This document shows, in pieces, positions 27,296 to 36,971 of a stretch of DNA of 64,000 bases. Made by a program: the position numbers and the translations under genes. A model generated the notes under the pieces. It was not told the DNA's origin. It was given only the letters and a program-made list of their open reading frames with translations, and ran no database searches. Numbering within the stretch: the first letter of the stretch is position 1; the number at the start of each line of letters is the position of its first letter. Source of the stretch: Pyrodictiaceae archaeon (GTDB lineage Archaea; Thermoproteota; Thermoprotei_A; Sulfolobales; WANQ01); assembly GCA_015521735.1 (NCBI GenBank), contig WANQ01000023.1, forward strand, positions 63,169 to 127,168. The letters are read 5' to 3'.

Positions 27296-28330
27296 ATGCC
27301 AGTGGTAATAATATACAAGTTATTGGAGAGTATTCTAAGACTCATAATGAAGCCTACTAGAAGTAGGTTATTTCTAGCATCAATTATTGTTGTAACATTA
27401 GCATTGATTAGTGCTACAGCCTTTTACCTAGCTGAGAGAAATGCATGGGCTAGTAGTGGTGAGGAATTAACCTTTGCTAAAGCATTGTATTGGAGTATTA
27501 TAACCATGGCGACAGTGGGTTATGGGGATATAGTGCCACATACCAGTGCTGGTAGACTAGTAGCAGCCTTTACATCCATTTTCGGCATAGCAGCTTATAG
27601 CTTACTTGTAGCGATTGTTGCAGAACAGTTTTTGTCCCATATGGTTAAAAAGACTCTCGGGTTGGCGTGGTTGAAGAACATAGACATAGTTGTTATAGGA
27701 GATGGAGAGGAATGCGCTGAAACAATAGCAGAACTAAAACGTAACATGCCTGGTAAGAAGATAGCATGGATTACAAGTCAGCAACCCAAGATAACAGTTG
27801 ACGTAGACTATGCTGTAGGAAGCCTAGTAGACTCAGAAACTCTTAGGAGAGGTGGAGTAGAGAAATCAAAGTACGTAGTAATATGCCATCACGATGACTC
27901 TCAGAGCATACATATAGCGTTACTTGCTAAGAAGCTTAACCCTAAAGCAAGAATAATAGTACTAGCACATTCTTCTAAAACAGTAGAAATACTGGAGGCG
28001 GCAGGAGTACAATACATAGTACCAACAACTATTATGGCAAGAGTACTAGCGAGCATGGTCTTTGAACCAAACGTAGCAGTACTTGTAAGTGATCTCACAA
28101 CAGCTAAGGGCATAAGTGACCTAGTAGAACTCGAGACAGACAAGTATATGAGGCTAAGCTTTAAGGAAGCACTACTTAAAGCTAAAGAAGAGGAAGGGGT
28201 ATTACTGGTCGGAGTTGTTAAAAGAGATGGAAGGATAATAGTAAACCCGCCACTGGATTACAGGATAGGGGAAGGAGAAAAACTACTAGCGATAAAAGGT
28301 ACGGGTAGCCTCACGAAAATAGTAAAGTAG
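27296..28330 (+). CDS. potassium channel (2-TM pore) with RCK/TrkA-N and TrkA-C domains (MthK-like)
   Basis: The selectivity filter is TMATVGYGD. An RCK Rossmann start DIVVIGDGE follows, and the C-terminus VKRDGRIIVNPPLDYRIGEGEKLLAIKG is TrkA-C-like. Confidence 0.85.
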   Translation: MPVVIIYKLLESILRLIMKPTRSRLFLASIIVVTLALISATAFYLAERNAWASSGEELTFAKALYWSIITMATVGYGDIVPHTSAGRLVAAFTSIFGIAAYSLLVAIVAEQFLSHMVKKTLGLAWLKNIDIVVIGDGEECAETIAELKRNMPGKKIAWITSQQPKITVDVDYAVGSLVDSETLRRGGVEKSKYVVICHHDDSQSIHIALLAKKLNPKARIIVLAHSSKTVEILEAAGVQYIVPTTIMARVLASMVFEPNVAVLVSDLTTAKGISDLVELETDKYMRLSFKEALLKAKEEEGVLLVGVVKRDGRIIVNPPLDYRIGEGEKLLAIKGTGSLTKIVK

Positions 28331-28331
28331 G

Positions 28332-29456
28332 TTAACTCAAAGTGGTATTGTATTCAAGAGACAATGGCCTATAATTCAGGTCTTCAACATAGTATGTTGT
28401 TGGAGCCAGTGTTTTACGGATACTATAGTATACTATTTTGTCTATGGGATCATAGTCTACTACTCTAAACAACCAGTAGTAAGTTTTTGAACTAAGTCTT
28501 TCATACCTAAGTATGTTAAAGAACCTAGTATATGTTACTAGTTTTACTGACGGAATATAGTTCTCTCTATACACTTGGCCCAATACTAATGGCTTAATAC
28601 TGTATACCTCTATTCTCTTAATAGCTATACTACATCTCCAAGCAACTACACCAGGCCAAGTATTAACATCGTTAATGTAGAATACATGCTTAGACATAGA
28701 TGTGATCATGATAGGGTCTAGCCAAGGATAATCATAAGAGTCGTTTAACTCTACTATACCGCCAACAATATAGTTCTTAGACCTAGCTATCCATAAAGCA
28801 TAAGTCCTATTAACCTTGAACTTAAAGTCTACTACTGCTTCACTAAAAATCCATCTATAACCACTTAGACTCCAATGTCCCTCAAAATCATATGATAATT
28901 GCTGTCTACTAGTAAACCTGCCTAACACACTAATCCAGTAGCCAGCAATCCTAAAGTAAGCTCCATAATCATCGTGGGTTACTCCTCTTACTTCATATAA
29001 TCCTATGCCTCCTCGGGCATAGTACCTACTTGCACCTCCAAGGAATCTTACATAGGCTATGTAGAGTACTAGGTTTTCGTCAAAGAGCTTGCTCCAAGGA
29101 TTAAGTGTATTATTCATTAACGGTAGTGTTAGTAGCATGTGATGAGTATTTCTTAGTATGAGCCATCCATTACTTACATAAACATACTGTGATGGAACCT
29201 TGATACCTACACTATACTGTGTTCTAGCTATAAAGTACTTTAAGCTCTCATTATCTATGTCGTCGAAGTCTAAGATATAAACGGGCATGGGTCTAACCAG
29301 TGTTATGTAAGATAAGTTCTGTACAGGCGAACTGCTAACTGGTTCCAACTGTATACCTGGGCCTAGATAGTGCTGTCTGCTAGGCCAAGCAATACTAATT
29401 GGAGCTAAAGCGGACATTATGAGTAGTACTACGAATATTAGTTTAATTCTATACAC
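28332..29456 (-). CDS. hypothetical secreted/anchored protein (Y/W-rich, beta-rich)
   Basis: The N-terminal hydrophobic signal or anchor is LIFVVLLIMSALAPISIA. No motif recognised. Confidence 0.55.
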   Translation of the reverse strand: MYRIKLIFVVLLIMSALAPISIAWPSRQHYLGPGIQLEPVSSSPVQNLSYITLVRPMPVYILDFDDIDNESLKYFIARTQYSVGIKVPSQYVYVSNGWLILRNTHHMLLTLPLMNNTLNPWSKLFDENLVLYIAYVRFLGGASRYYARGGIGLYEVRGVTHDDYGAYFRIAGYWISVLGRFTSRQQLSYDFEGHWSLSGYRWIFSEAVVDFKFKVNRTYALWIARSKNYIVGGIVELNDSYDYPWLDPIMITSMSKHVFYINDVNTWPGVVAWRCSIAIKRIEVYSIKPLVLGQVYRENYIPSVKLVTYTRFFNILRYERLSSKTYYWLFRVVDYDPIDKIVYYSIRKTLAPTTYYVEDLNYRPLSLEYNTTLS

Positions 29457-29582
29457 TTATGACACCTATCCTATACTTGTTACGTATTCTAGTAGTGGGC
29501 TAACAGTTATATAAATAATAGGTTCATAGGCATAGAGTGGTCATGCGTGAAAACTTAAATATGAGTACTAAAGGCCTTGACA

Positions 29583-30896
29583 CTACCTATTGAGTATGTG
29601 TTTAATTGTTTTTGCTAACTCGTTTATGGGTATAGTGTATTGCTTGTATTCTTCTAGGTCTCTTACAACTATTTTGCCTTCAGCTAGTTCTCTTGGCGCA
29701 ATATATACTAGTATTCTCGTATTCCTCTTGTTGGCGTATCTAAGTGCTTCCTTAATATTCCTTCTCATAACGTCTACTTCAACTCTTAAACCCATTTCTC
29801 TAAGAATTCTAGCTACATCCAGTGCGTATTTATAGTGTTCACGGTTTCTTATCGCTATAAATACGTCTAGTCTTGGGTTAACGTGTTCTGGTAGTAGATT
29901 GTTTTCTTCAAGGAATAGTATTACTCTATCAACACCTATAGCGAAGCCCGTAGCAGGTACTCCTGGCTTACGGTATAAACCTACTAGTTCATCGTACCTT
30001 CCACCACCTCCTATTGCAAGTCTATTCCACTTCTCATCTACTCTTCCAGTAATTTGAGGATATGCTTCAAATACTAGACCAGTATAGTATTCAAGTCCTC
30101 TAACAATTGATGTATCTAGGAAAACCTTGTCAAGTACACCATATGATTCCAGTAGTTCTACTAGTTCTTCGTAGAACTCTCTTAGGTTAGGAGTTATATC
30201 GGATATTATGTCTATGGAGTTCTTCAACGGCTTCTTAATTGATGTGAACTCTACTATTTCATCTACTGCCCTATCACTTAAACCCAGTTTAGCTAGCCCA
30301 CTCTTGAATTCTTCTTCACTTATCTTCCACCTCTTATCTATTAGGCCAAGTACTTTGCTACGTATGTCTTCTTTAATACCAGTTTTTTCTAGGAATGAGT
30401 CCATTATTCTTCTATCAAATAGTCTTACCTCAACATCTACTCCAACTTCAGCGTAGGAGTATGTGAATAAGGCTATAACCTCTGAATCAGCTTCAACGTG
30501 GGGAGAACCCATTAACTCTACACCGAATTGCCAGAACTCTCTCCACCTACCATGCTGGGGTTCATCGTATCTCCATACTCTTGAGAAGTAGCACCACCTT
30601 ATAGGCTTAGGTATTTGTGGGTTAGATGCAGCTATCCTAGCTAATGGTACTGTCATATCGAATCTAAGACCTATTTCTCGTCCAGCTTTATCCTTAAACC
30701 AGTATATTTCATCTCTAACTTGTGGCCCAGCCTTGCGTTCAAGAACCCATAGGTACTCCATGACAGGAGTTTCTATTGGCTCATAACCCCACTTTAATGC
30801 TAGGCTTAGCCATCTACTTCTAAGCCAGTCTAAAGTATACCATAGCTTTGGTAAATAGTCTCTCATACCCTTTGGTGTTTGCAGTTTTTCCTGCAA
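29583..30896 (-). CDS. hisS: histidine--tRNA ligase
   Basis: The N-terminal TPKGMRDYLP, the class-II core and AIGGGGRYDELV are all HisRS-specific features. The 437-aa length fits. Confidence 0.9.
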   Translation of the reverse strand: MQEKLQTPKGMRDYLPKLWYTLDWLRSRWLSLALKWGYEPIETPVMEYLWVLERKAGPQVRDEIYWFKDKAGREIGLRFDMTVPLARIAASNPQIPKPIRWCYFSRVWRYDEPQHGRWREFWQFGVELMGSPHVEADSEVIALFTYSYAEVGVDVEVRLFDRRIMDSFLEKTGIKEDIRSKVLGLIDKRWKISEEEFKSGLAKLGLSDRAVDEIVEFTSIKKPLKNSIDIISDITPNLREFYEELVELLESYGVLDKVFLDTSIVRGLEYYTGLVFEAYPQITGRVDEKWNRLAIGGGGRYDELVGLYRKPGVPATGFAIGVDRVILFLEENNLLPEHVNPRLDVFIAIRNREHYKYALDVARILREMGLRVEVDVMRRNIKEALRYANKRNTRILVYIAPRELAEGKIVVRDLEEYKQYTIPINELAKTIKHILNR

Positions 30897-31084
30897 CTTG
30901 GCCTCGCCTCATATCATTACAGCCAATACTTATACATCATACATTTGTCTCACGCTTTTATCTGTATTAGGTCTAAGGGGAAGGTTAACACATTGTTGAT
31001 CAAGTATAAATAGGGTTTCGGCTATTCTTTATACGATATAGCTTCCTACAGCAAAAAATTAACATATCCACATGGTAGATAACT

Positions 31085-32128
31085 ATGTCTCTCTTAGAAA
31101 TACCTGTAGATTACCTTGAGGCTCGTATAATAGAATTACTAAATGAGGTGAAGCCCCCGGTAAATCGCCGTGAAGTATTGTCAAGACTTGCAGCTGAGGG
31201 ACTTAGCATACCTGAGTCAAAGCTCTACAAGATATTTAGTTATATAAGAAATAGGTGGAAACTAGTAGCACAAGTCAACATGTATACCTTAGGTTTAAGA
31301 GATCTAGTAGTAGTGTTAAAGAAGGTACCAGAAAACATCTATACGCCATACCTTGTTTTTCAAAGCCAGCTTAGAGGTAGAGGACTTGTACTATCATATA
31401 GGCTCCCATTTAAGGTTCCAGCATCAGAAATACTATCATATTATCCAAGAGAACTTGTAGAAGACTACGTAGTAATAGTCTATAAGCGTAGACCTGGTCC
31501 TGCTTTAATGAAATACTACTTTGATGGATGGATAAGAGTTAACTTGTTAACCGAGATAAGTAAAGTTTTTGATAGACTTAGAGGGCTAGATGATGTAGTA
31601 GTTGATAAGTCTCTGAAAAGATTTAGCTTAACTGATCTACTAATAGTAAGTGAGCTGGAAAGAGATGCTTTAAGTAGTGTAAGAGATATTGCGCGTAAGA
31701 TAAATGCTAAGTATGATAGAGTACTACGTAGAGTAGAGTCAATTAGAAAGCAGGGTATAGTTGAAGGTATAGGTGTAGGCTTATTTGATCTAGAACTACT
31801 GAGAAGAGGAGCTAGACTAATAGTAATAGGTGGTTTAAGAGGAATATACCCCTATCATAGGTTAACTATGGAGTTAGCACGTATACCTGGGCTAGGAACA
31901 GTAGGTGTTGATACTCTAACAGATAAAATCCTACTACTCATACCAAGTAGACATGTAGAATACAATAACTTAGCTAGTAGTTTGAAAAGACACTTAGTTA
32001 ACGTTAAAATATATGAGGTTGAACCAGAGCACTCAGTATTTTACCGCATGCCAAGAACTCTAAGAACATCAATACAAGAGTACATTGGCACATGGTTTGA
32101 GTTTACAACAGAGTCTAGAATAACCTAA
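31085..32128 (+). CDS. putative transcriptional regulator with winged-helix/AsnC-type HTH segments
   Basis: LTDLLIVSELERDALSSVRDIARKINAKYDRVLRRVESIRKQGIVEG resembles the Lrp/AsnC N-terminal HTH. An additional HTH-like segment lies near the N-terminus. Confidence 0.5.
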   Translation: MSLLEIPVDYLEARIIELLNEVKPPVNRREVLSRLAAEGLSIPESKLYKIFSYIRNRWKLVAQVNMYTLGLRDLVVVLKKVPENIYTPYLVFQSQLRGRGLVLSYRLPFKVPASEILSYYPRELVEDYVVIVYKRRPGPALMKYYFDGWIRVNLLTEISKVFDRLRGLDDVVVDKSLKRFSLTDLLIVSELERDALSSVRDIARKINAKYDRVLRRVESIRKQGIVEGIGVGLFDLELLRRGARLIVIGGLRGIYPYHRLTMELARIPGLGTVGVDTLTDKILLLIPSRHVEYNNLASSLKRHLVNVKIYEVEPEHSVFYRMPRTLRTSIQEYIGTWFEFTTESRIT

Positions 32129-32246
32129 AACACTTTAAGTAAAACACTATATTCACTTCTATAAGGTAAAATACTTTTAGGATACAGGTCTATTTTTAAT
32201 ACCCCCATTATGGGGGTACTTTTTGGATTGAAGTATTCTTAGAATG

Positions 32247-32486
32247 CTAGAGTATGTATGTAGCTACTTCTGATATATCTTCAACACGGCACTCCATGAC
32301 ATAGTAGTCTTCTGAGACTTTTCTCTTATCGCAAATCATTGGTTTAGCTATCTTCACTATTAGTACGTCTACAAGTTCATCTCCCTCTACTTCACGCTCA
32401 AATATTATTTTATCCTTATCCATTACTCTAAGAAATACTTTTCTTGGAGGCTTATAGTGGTGTACTATTACTTTCTTCCTAAACAA
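32247..32486 (-). CDS. hypothetical small protein
   Basis: 79-aa ORF with globular composition and no recognised motif. Confidence 0.35.
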   Translation of the reverse strand: MFRKKVIVHHYKPPRKVFLRVMDKDKIIFEREVEGDELVDVLIVKIAKPMICDKRKVSEDYYVMECRVEDISEVATYIL

Positions 32487-32625
32487 AACACATCAACTCT
32501 ACTTGGTTGGACTTCGTAATGCTGTCACATTACCTTGTGTAAGGACGTATTGTTAAGTCCTCGTTCTATAGAAGGAGGCTGGTTATGTCCCGTTTACTCC
32601 AATAGCTATTTCATGGTGCACCAAG

Positions 32626-33984
32626 TTATTTCTTTAAAAAGCTGTCTAGGCTTCCAAGCTTTCTCCCACGCTTACCTTTAACTACCTTTTCTATGAAATG
32701 ATCTCTAACGGGTTCATATACGTGTTTATAGAATTTCTGTGGGTCGCGTAGAATGTTTTCGGGGAATTGTTTTAGGTATTCTATTGCCGCTTTCCATGCT
32801 TTCTCGTATGGTATTACTGAGTTTATTTTAGACGCTATGTTTTTGTCATAGTCTTCTGGTAGTTGCTCTACATCACCCATCATGAACCATCCACGAGGGG
32901 ATACTGGTACTTCTTCTCCAAGAACCCTTACTAGCCTCCAAGGCCTACCCTCTCCTTGCCCGCTAGGCTTCTTTGCCTTATATGTTCTTCCATAATATTT
33001 AGCCCATGCATAGAATATTGCTCTATTTAATCCAAAGCTCTTAGCCTTCTCCAAGTCACCTGTAAGTAGATAGTATCTTGCTGCCTGCAGTAACCCCATA
33101 ACCTGGAATCTACCTATAACACCCCTACCCTCACTACCAGCTACGTTCTTGTACGATACTCTTGTCTGTCTTGCCCTAAACTCTGCTATACGTAGTTCTC
33201 CCACTCTTTCCAATGCTTTTAGGGCTAGTTCATCTGCTTCTCCAATAACGTGTTCTCTCCATTTAGGGTTATGCCTATACTTTTCTACTAGTGTCCAGTC
33301 TACGTGGAAGCTATCTATTTCTTCAGGCTTGAATACTACTGCTACTCTATCTAATCTCCTATGAATACTTAAGGGTACTGTAAACACTCTCTTAGCGTCA
33401 ATGAGGTTTTCAACTTTAAGCTTACCGTTAACCTCCTTAGATAAGGCTATTATCCTGGCCTTAACGTTCTCTAAAACATACTCTACTACAGCATAGGCTA
33501 CATCTAATGGATGATGTATTGATAATAGTTCTGGAGAGAAAGCTTTCTCATGAATTCTAACATGTACTCCTTCTCCACTCCACAGCAAATATACGCTCTT
33601 AACCACATGGTTTCTTTCCAGAAAGTCTACTATTACTCTAGCAGCTTCAAGGGCTTTCTCCCAGTAGTCTATTGTAGAGTCTATGTCCCAGAAAGGTGTT
33701 GTAAAAGCTATATTGTCTACTAGCTCGACACTAGCCTTACCCTTAATCTCGTAGTAAACATTTATTGTAGCATAGAATGTTCTAGTCCACGGATAAGTGG
33801 ACAGTATTCTACGTAGACCTTCAGCACTCTTAATTGTTAATGGTTCACCATTACGCCAGTATCTTGTAAACAATCTATCCTTACCCTTGTAGCCCTCAAT
33901 ACTAACCCATCTATTCTTAGCAAAATCAACTACTTCCTTTACTACAACATCCTTAAGATAATGTAGTCTAGCATTGAGAGTCAA
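32626..33984 (-). CDS. archaeo-eukaryotic primase (AEP) superfamily protein, PriS-like catalytic core with a C-terminal helical extension
   Basis: The three AEP catalytic motifs appear in order: FWDIDS (DxD), LLWSGEGVHVRIH (SGxGxH) and AKRVFTVPLSIHRR (R..P.S.H). About 190 aa follow the core. Confidence 0.65.
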   Translation of the reverse strand: MTLNARLHYLKDVVVKEVVDFAKNRWVSIEGYKGKDRLFTRYWRNGEPLTIKSAEGLRRILSTYPWTRTFYATINVYYEIKGKASVELVDNIAFTTPFWDIDSTIDYWEKALEAARVIVDFLERNHVVKSVYLLWSGEGVHVRIHEKAFSPELLSIHHPLDVAYAVVEYVLENVKARIIALSKEVNGKLKVENLIDAKRVFTVPLSIHRRLDRVAVVFKPEEIDSFHVDWTLVEKYRHNPKWREHVIGEADELALKALERVGELRIAEFRARQTRVSYKNVAGSEGRGVIGRFQVMGLLQAARYYLLTGDLEKAKSFGLNRAIFYAWAKYYGRTYKAKKPSGQGEGRPWRLVRVLGEEVPVSPRGWFMMGDVEQLPEDYDKNIASKINSVIPYEKAWKAAIEYLKQFPENILRDPQKFYKHVYEPVRDHFIEKVVKGKRGRKLGSLDSFLKK

Positions 33985-34365
33985 TGTTGCTCCCTAAACT
34001 ATTATTTCATAGCTATAGTGGGTTATACTGGTTAGGGCTCATACACTTAGAATACTGTTTGAGTATTATCTTGTATACAAGTGTACTCTACTGTAGAAGT
34101 ATTACTTATATAAGAGCAGGGTTGAGGAAAACTATTAGCTATCCCTGGAAAGCAATGGCGTAGTGAATTTAGACAGGGTTCAATAGAGATGATTAATCAC
34201 ATTAGGCTATGTATTGAATGTTCCAAGGGATATGGGCAAGGACTACTAGTATTAGGTTTAGACTTGTAAGCAAGTAGTTAATACCATCGCTAGTACATAT
34301 AGCTTATTTCCCTGTTTTCTTAACCTTTCCATCCTCTGTAACCAGGCTCTCGGACTAGTAATTGG

Positions 34366-35079
34366 TTGAGGAGATTCCATGTGATTAAGGTGGAGCATAA
34401 GATGAGGACTATTAGGATGTTCTATGTAGCTGGTATGCTCGTGGACATTGATTGGGATGACTACGAGTTTTCACTAGTAGCTGTAGGTGATGTTAGAGCC
34501 TTAGCTAGTATTGTTCTTAGGGTAGTTGATAGTAGAGTTACTATTAGGAAAGTGTATGATTCCTACTCTTGGCTAGTTCACCCAATAGTTGTTGTAGAGT
34601 ATGGTGGGCTAGATATAGGATTATACCTGCTATGGAGAGGATTTGAACGTAAACCGTTATTCATGGCGGCAACACCTCTAGGAGATGTTGATAAAGTTGT
34701 TAGTATAGTGGATGGTTTAGTTGGTGGCAGAGCATCTTATCGTGGAGTAATGGCTAGGATTCCAAGGCCAGTATCTAGTATTAAGTGGAAAGGATTATTT
34801 GAAATACCAGTAGTAGATGATAGAGGATTCTACGATAGAGTAAAATCAATGGTCTTGGCAGAAGTAGTTAGAGGTGATAAGAAGCCTAAGGTCTACCACA
34901 TACCATCATATGATGCATGGGTAGCTGAGTCTAAGTGGAATAAGCTTAGAGCATACATTCAAGCTACAAACAGGTATGTTAGAGTAGTAGTATTGTCTAA
35001 GAGGAAAGCACTTAAGGCTGTGAACACTATTAGCAAGGTAATACATGTAATTGGAAGTAAAAGTAGAGTTAAGTCCTAG
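34366..35079 (+). CDS. hypothetical protein
   Basis: 237-aa ORF with a TTG start and no recognised motif. Confidence 0.45.
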   Translation: MRRFHVIKVEHKMRTIRMFYVAGMLVDIDWDDYEFSLVAVGDVRALASIVLRVVDSRVTIRKVYDSYSWLVHPIVVVEYGGLDIGLYLLWRGFERKPLFMAATPLGDVDKVVSIVDGLVGGRASYRGVMARIPRPVSSIKWKGLFEIPVVDDRGFYDRVKSMVLAEVVRGDKKPKVYHIPSYDAWVAESKWNKLRAYIQATNRYVRVVVLSKRKALKAVNTISKVIHVIGSKSRVKS

Positions 35080-35813
35080 AACTCTAACGTTAACCCTACT
35101 CCTCCACTAATAAAGTGTTGAGGATATATGCTCTTCAAGATAAATGCTACATCATCACCACTACAGTGAAGTGGTATAATTGTCTTAAACCCCATGTCAA
35201 CTAGACTCCTTACAATTGCTTCAACTTCGCTCAGAGAGTATCCTTGTAGATGAAAGCCTCCTAAAACCATGTAAGGTTTAGCGTTAAGTTCTCTAAGAGC
35301 TTCCTTAGAAATCTCTAGTATTCCTGGATGGCTACATCCTACAAGTAGTATTAATCCACTACTAGTGTTAACTGCTAGTGATTGCTCCCATGGTGGACCG
35401 TAAAGAGGTTTAACTATGTAGAGGCTTTCATCTATTTTAAGAGTGTTTGTAACTACTTCTACCCTAAAACCCATACTAGATAACTTGTTTACGAGTAGCC
35501 TACTTGCACCTAATGGAACATACACCTTAGCACCACTGCTAGCTACAGCATCTATTCCACCAATGTGGTCGCCATGTAGATGGCTTATAACGATGAAGTC
35601 TATACGGGATAGATTTACCCCTAGCATACTAGCATTATGTTCAAGTACGATTGGATCGGGTCCAGTATCAAATAGTATTTTCTTATGGCCTAGATCAACG
35701 TATATGCTTAAACCCCAAGCTGTTCTAAGACCACTAGCATACCTATTATTGTCTACTAGTACTATTAGCCTAGAAATACTGGACACCAATGGAGAAATAA
35801 TATGTCTAAACAA
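35076..35813 (-). CDS. metallo-beta-lactamase fold hydrolase
   Basis: The HxHxDH motif is VISHLHGDHIGG. Confidence 0.7.
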   Translation of the reverse strand: MFRHIISPLVSSISRLIVLVDNNRYASGLRTAWGLSIYVDLGHKKILFDTGPDPIVLEHNASMLGVNLSRIDFIVISHLHGDHIGGIDAVASSGAKVYVPLGASRLLVNKLSSMGFRVEVVTNTLKIDESLYIVKPLYGPPWEQSLAVNTSSGLILLVGCSHPGILEISKEALRELNAKPYMVLGGFHLQGYSLSEVEAIVRSLVDMGFKTIIPLHCSGDDVAFILKSIYPQHFISGGVGLTLEF

Positions 35814-35849
35814 ATATTAATTGTTATGGTAAAAAATAGTGTTATTTCT

Positions 35850-36899
35850 CTACTCCTTCATGTATCTAAGCTTATACGCCATATCCTTGAGTTCTGGGTG
35901 AACATATTCTCCATTCTCTATTATCTTTTCTCCATCAGCCCATACCGTGGGGTTAAGGCAAATTCCATCTGTGTGTGATGAAGCTAGTCCTAGTTTGCCT
36001 TTAAATGTCGATGATTGGCTTCCAAGACCCCATTCTACTACACCCCATACCCTCTCATCCTCTAATATATTGCCTGTTAGTTTTGCACCAGGATTGCAGC
36101 CGTAGGATAGGTGTGCTATGTAGAACATTTTAGGGTCATTGAAGCTCTTTAACCAGTTCTCAAATATTCTTGCTTCTCTACCACCTTCTATTCTAACAAC
36201 TCTACCGTTCTCAACATACAGCTTAATCGGCTCCTTTAATAGTCCTAGTTCTTCTGGAGGCCATACGGATCCATCAAATACTATTACACCGTTTATACTT
36301 TCCTCTATGGGTGCCCAGTCTACTTGGCCGAACAACATGTATTCTCCAGGGCCATTTACTTCTCCTTCAACAAGTACTGGTCTATTAGGATCATTTTCGA
36401 ATTCAACATCTGTTCCAGCAGGTGTAGTTATTCTCATCTTCTTTGCACGCTTTGTTATTTCAGCTAGCTTTCTCTGGAACTTGTATAGGAGTTCTATGTT
36501 TACTCTACCGATAGTACGTACCATCATGTCAGTATCCATTCCTACAAGGCATATATACCTAGCTTTACCCTCCTCCATAGCTTTCTCGTAAGGTGTAGAG
36601 TAGAGTAGCCATGCTTTATTAAACTCTATCCATACATCAGCATTCCTTAATACTGCTGTAAGAGTATTCAATGGAATATATGGATCAGCTGCTTTACCAA
36701 CACCTGGTGGTGTAGGATACCATACTACTAGTGGTTTACCACCAACAATTTTCACAGCACTAGCTGTTGCTTCAACAACTCTCCAATCACTTGAGGTATC
36801 AGCTGTTATAACTACTTCTTCACCTTCCCTTACCTTCATAACATCTCTTACAAGCTTGTATGCAGCGTGGGCTAACTCCATGTCAAGACCATAGGGCAT
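35850..36899 (-). CDS. M29 aminopeptidase-like (AmpS/NicX-like) protein
   Basis: The layout is shared with the M29-type ORF at 45447: REGEEVVITAD..., GTDVEFEND..., SYGCNPGAK...LGSQ. It is more divergent than that paralogue. Confidence 0.5.
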   Translation of the reverse strand: MPYGLDMELAHAAYKLVRDVMKVREGEEVVITADTSSDWRVVEATASAVKIVGGKPLVVWYPTPPGVGKAADPYIPLNTLTAVLRNADVWIEFNKAWLLYSTPYEKAMEEGKARYICLVGMDTDMMVRTIGRVNIELLYKFQRKLAEITKRAKKMRITTPAGTDVEFENDPNRPVLVEGEVNGPGEYMLFGQVDWAPIEESINGVIVFDGSVWPPEELGLLKEPIKLYVENGRVVRIEGGREARIFENWLKSFNDPKMFYIAHLSYGCNPGAKLTGNILEDERVWGVVEWGLGSQSSTFKGKLGLASSHTDGICLNPTVWADGEKIIENGEYVHPELKDMAYKLRYMKE

Positions 36900-36971
36900 A
36901 GATGAACCCCTACAAGCTAAGCCTACTACATGACCTATAGTTTACGTGTGGGGAAAAGAGGTTAACCATAG

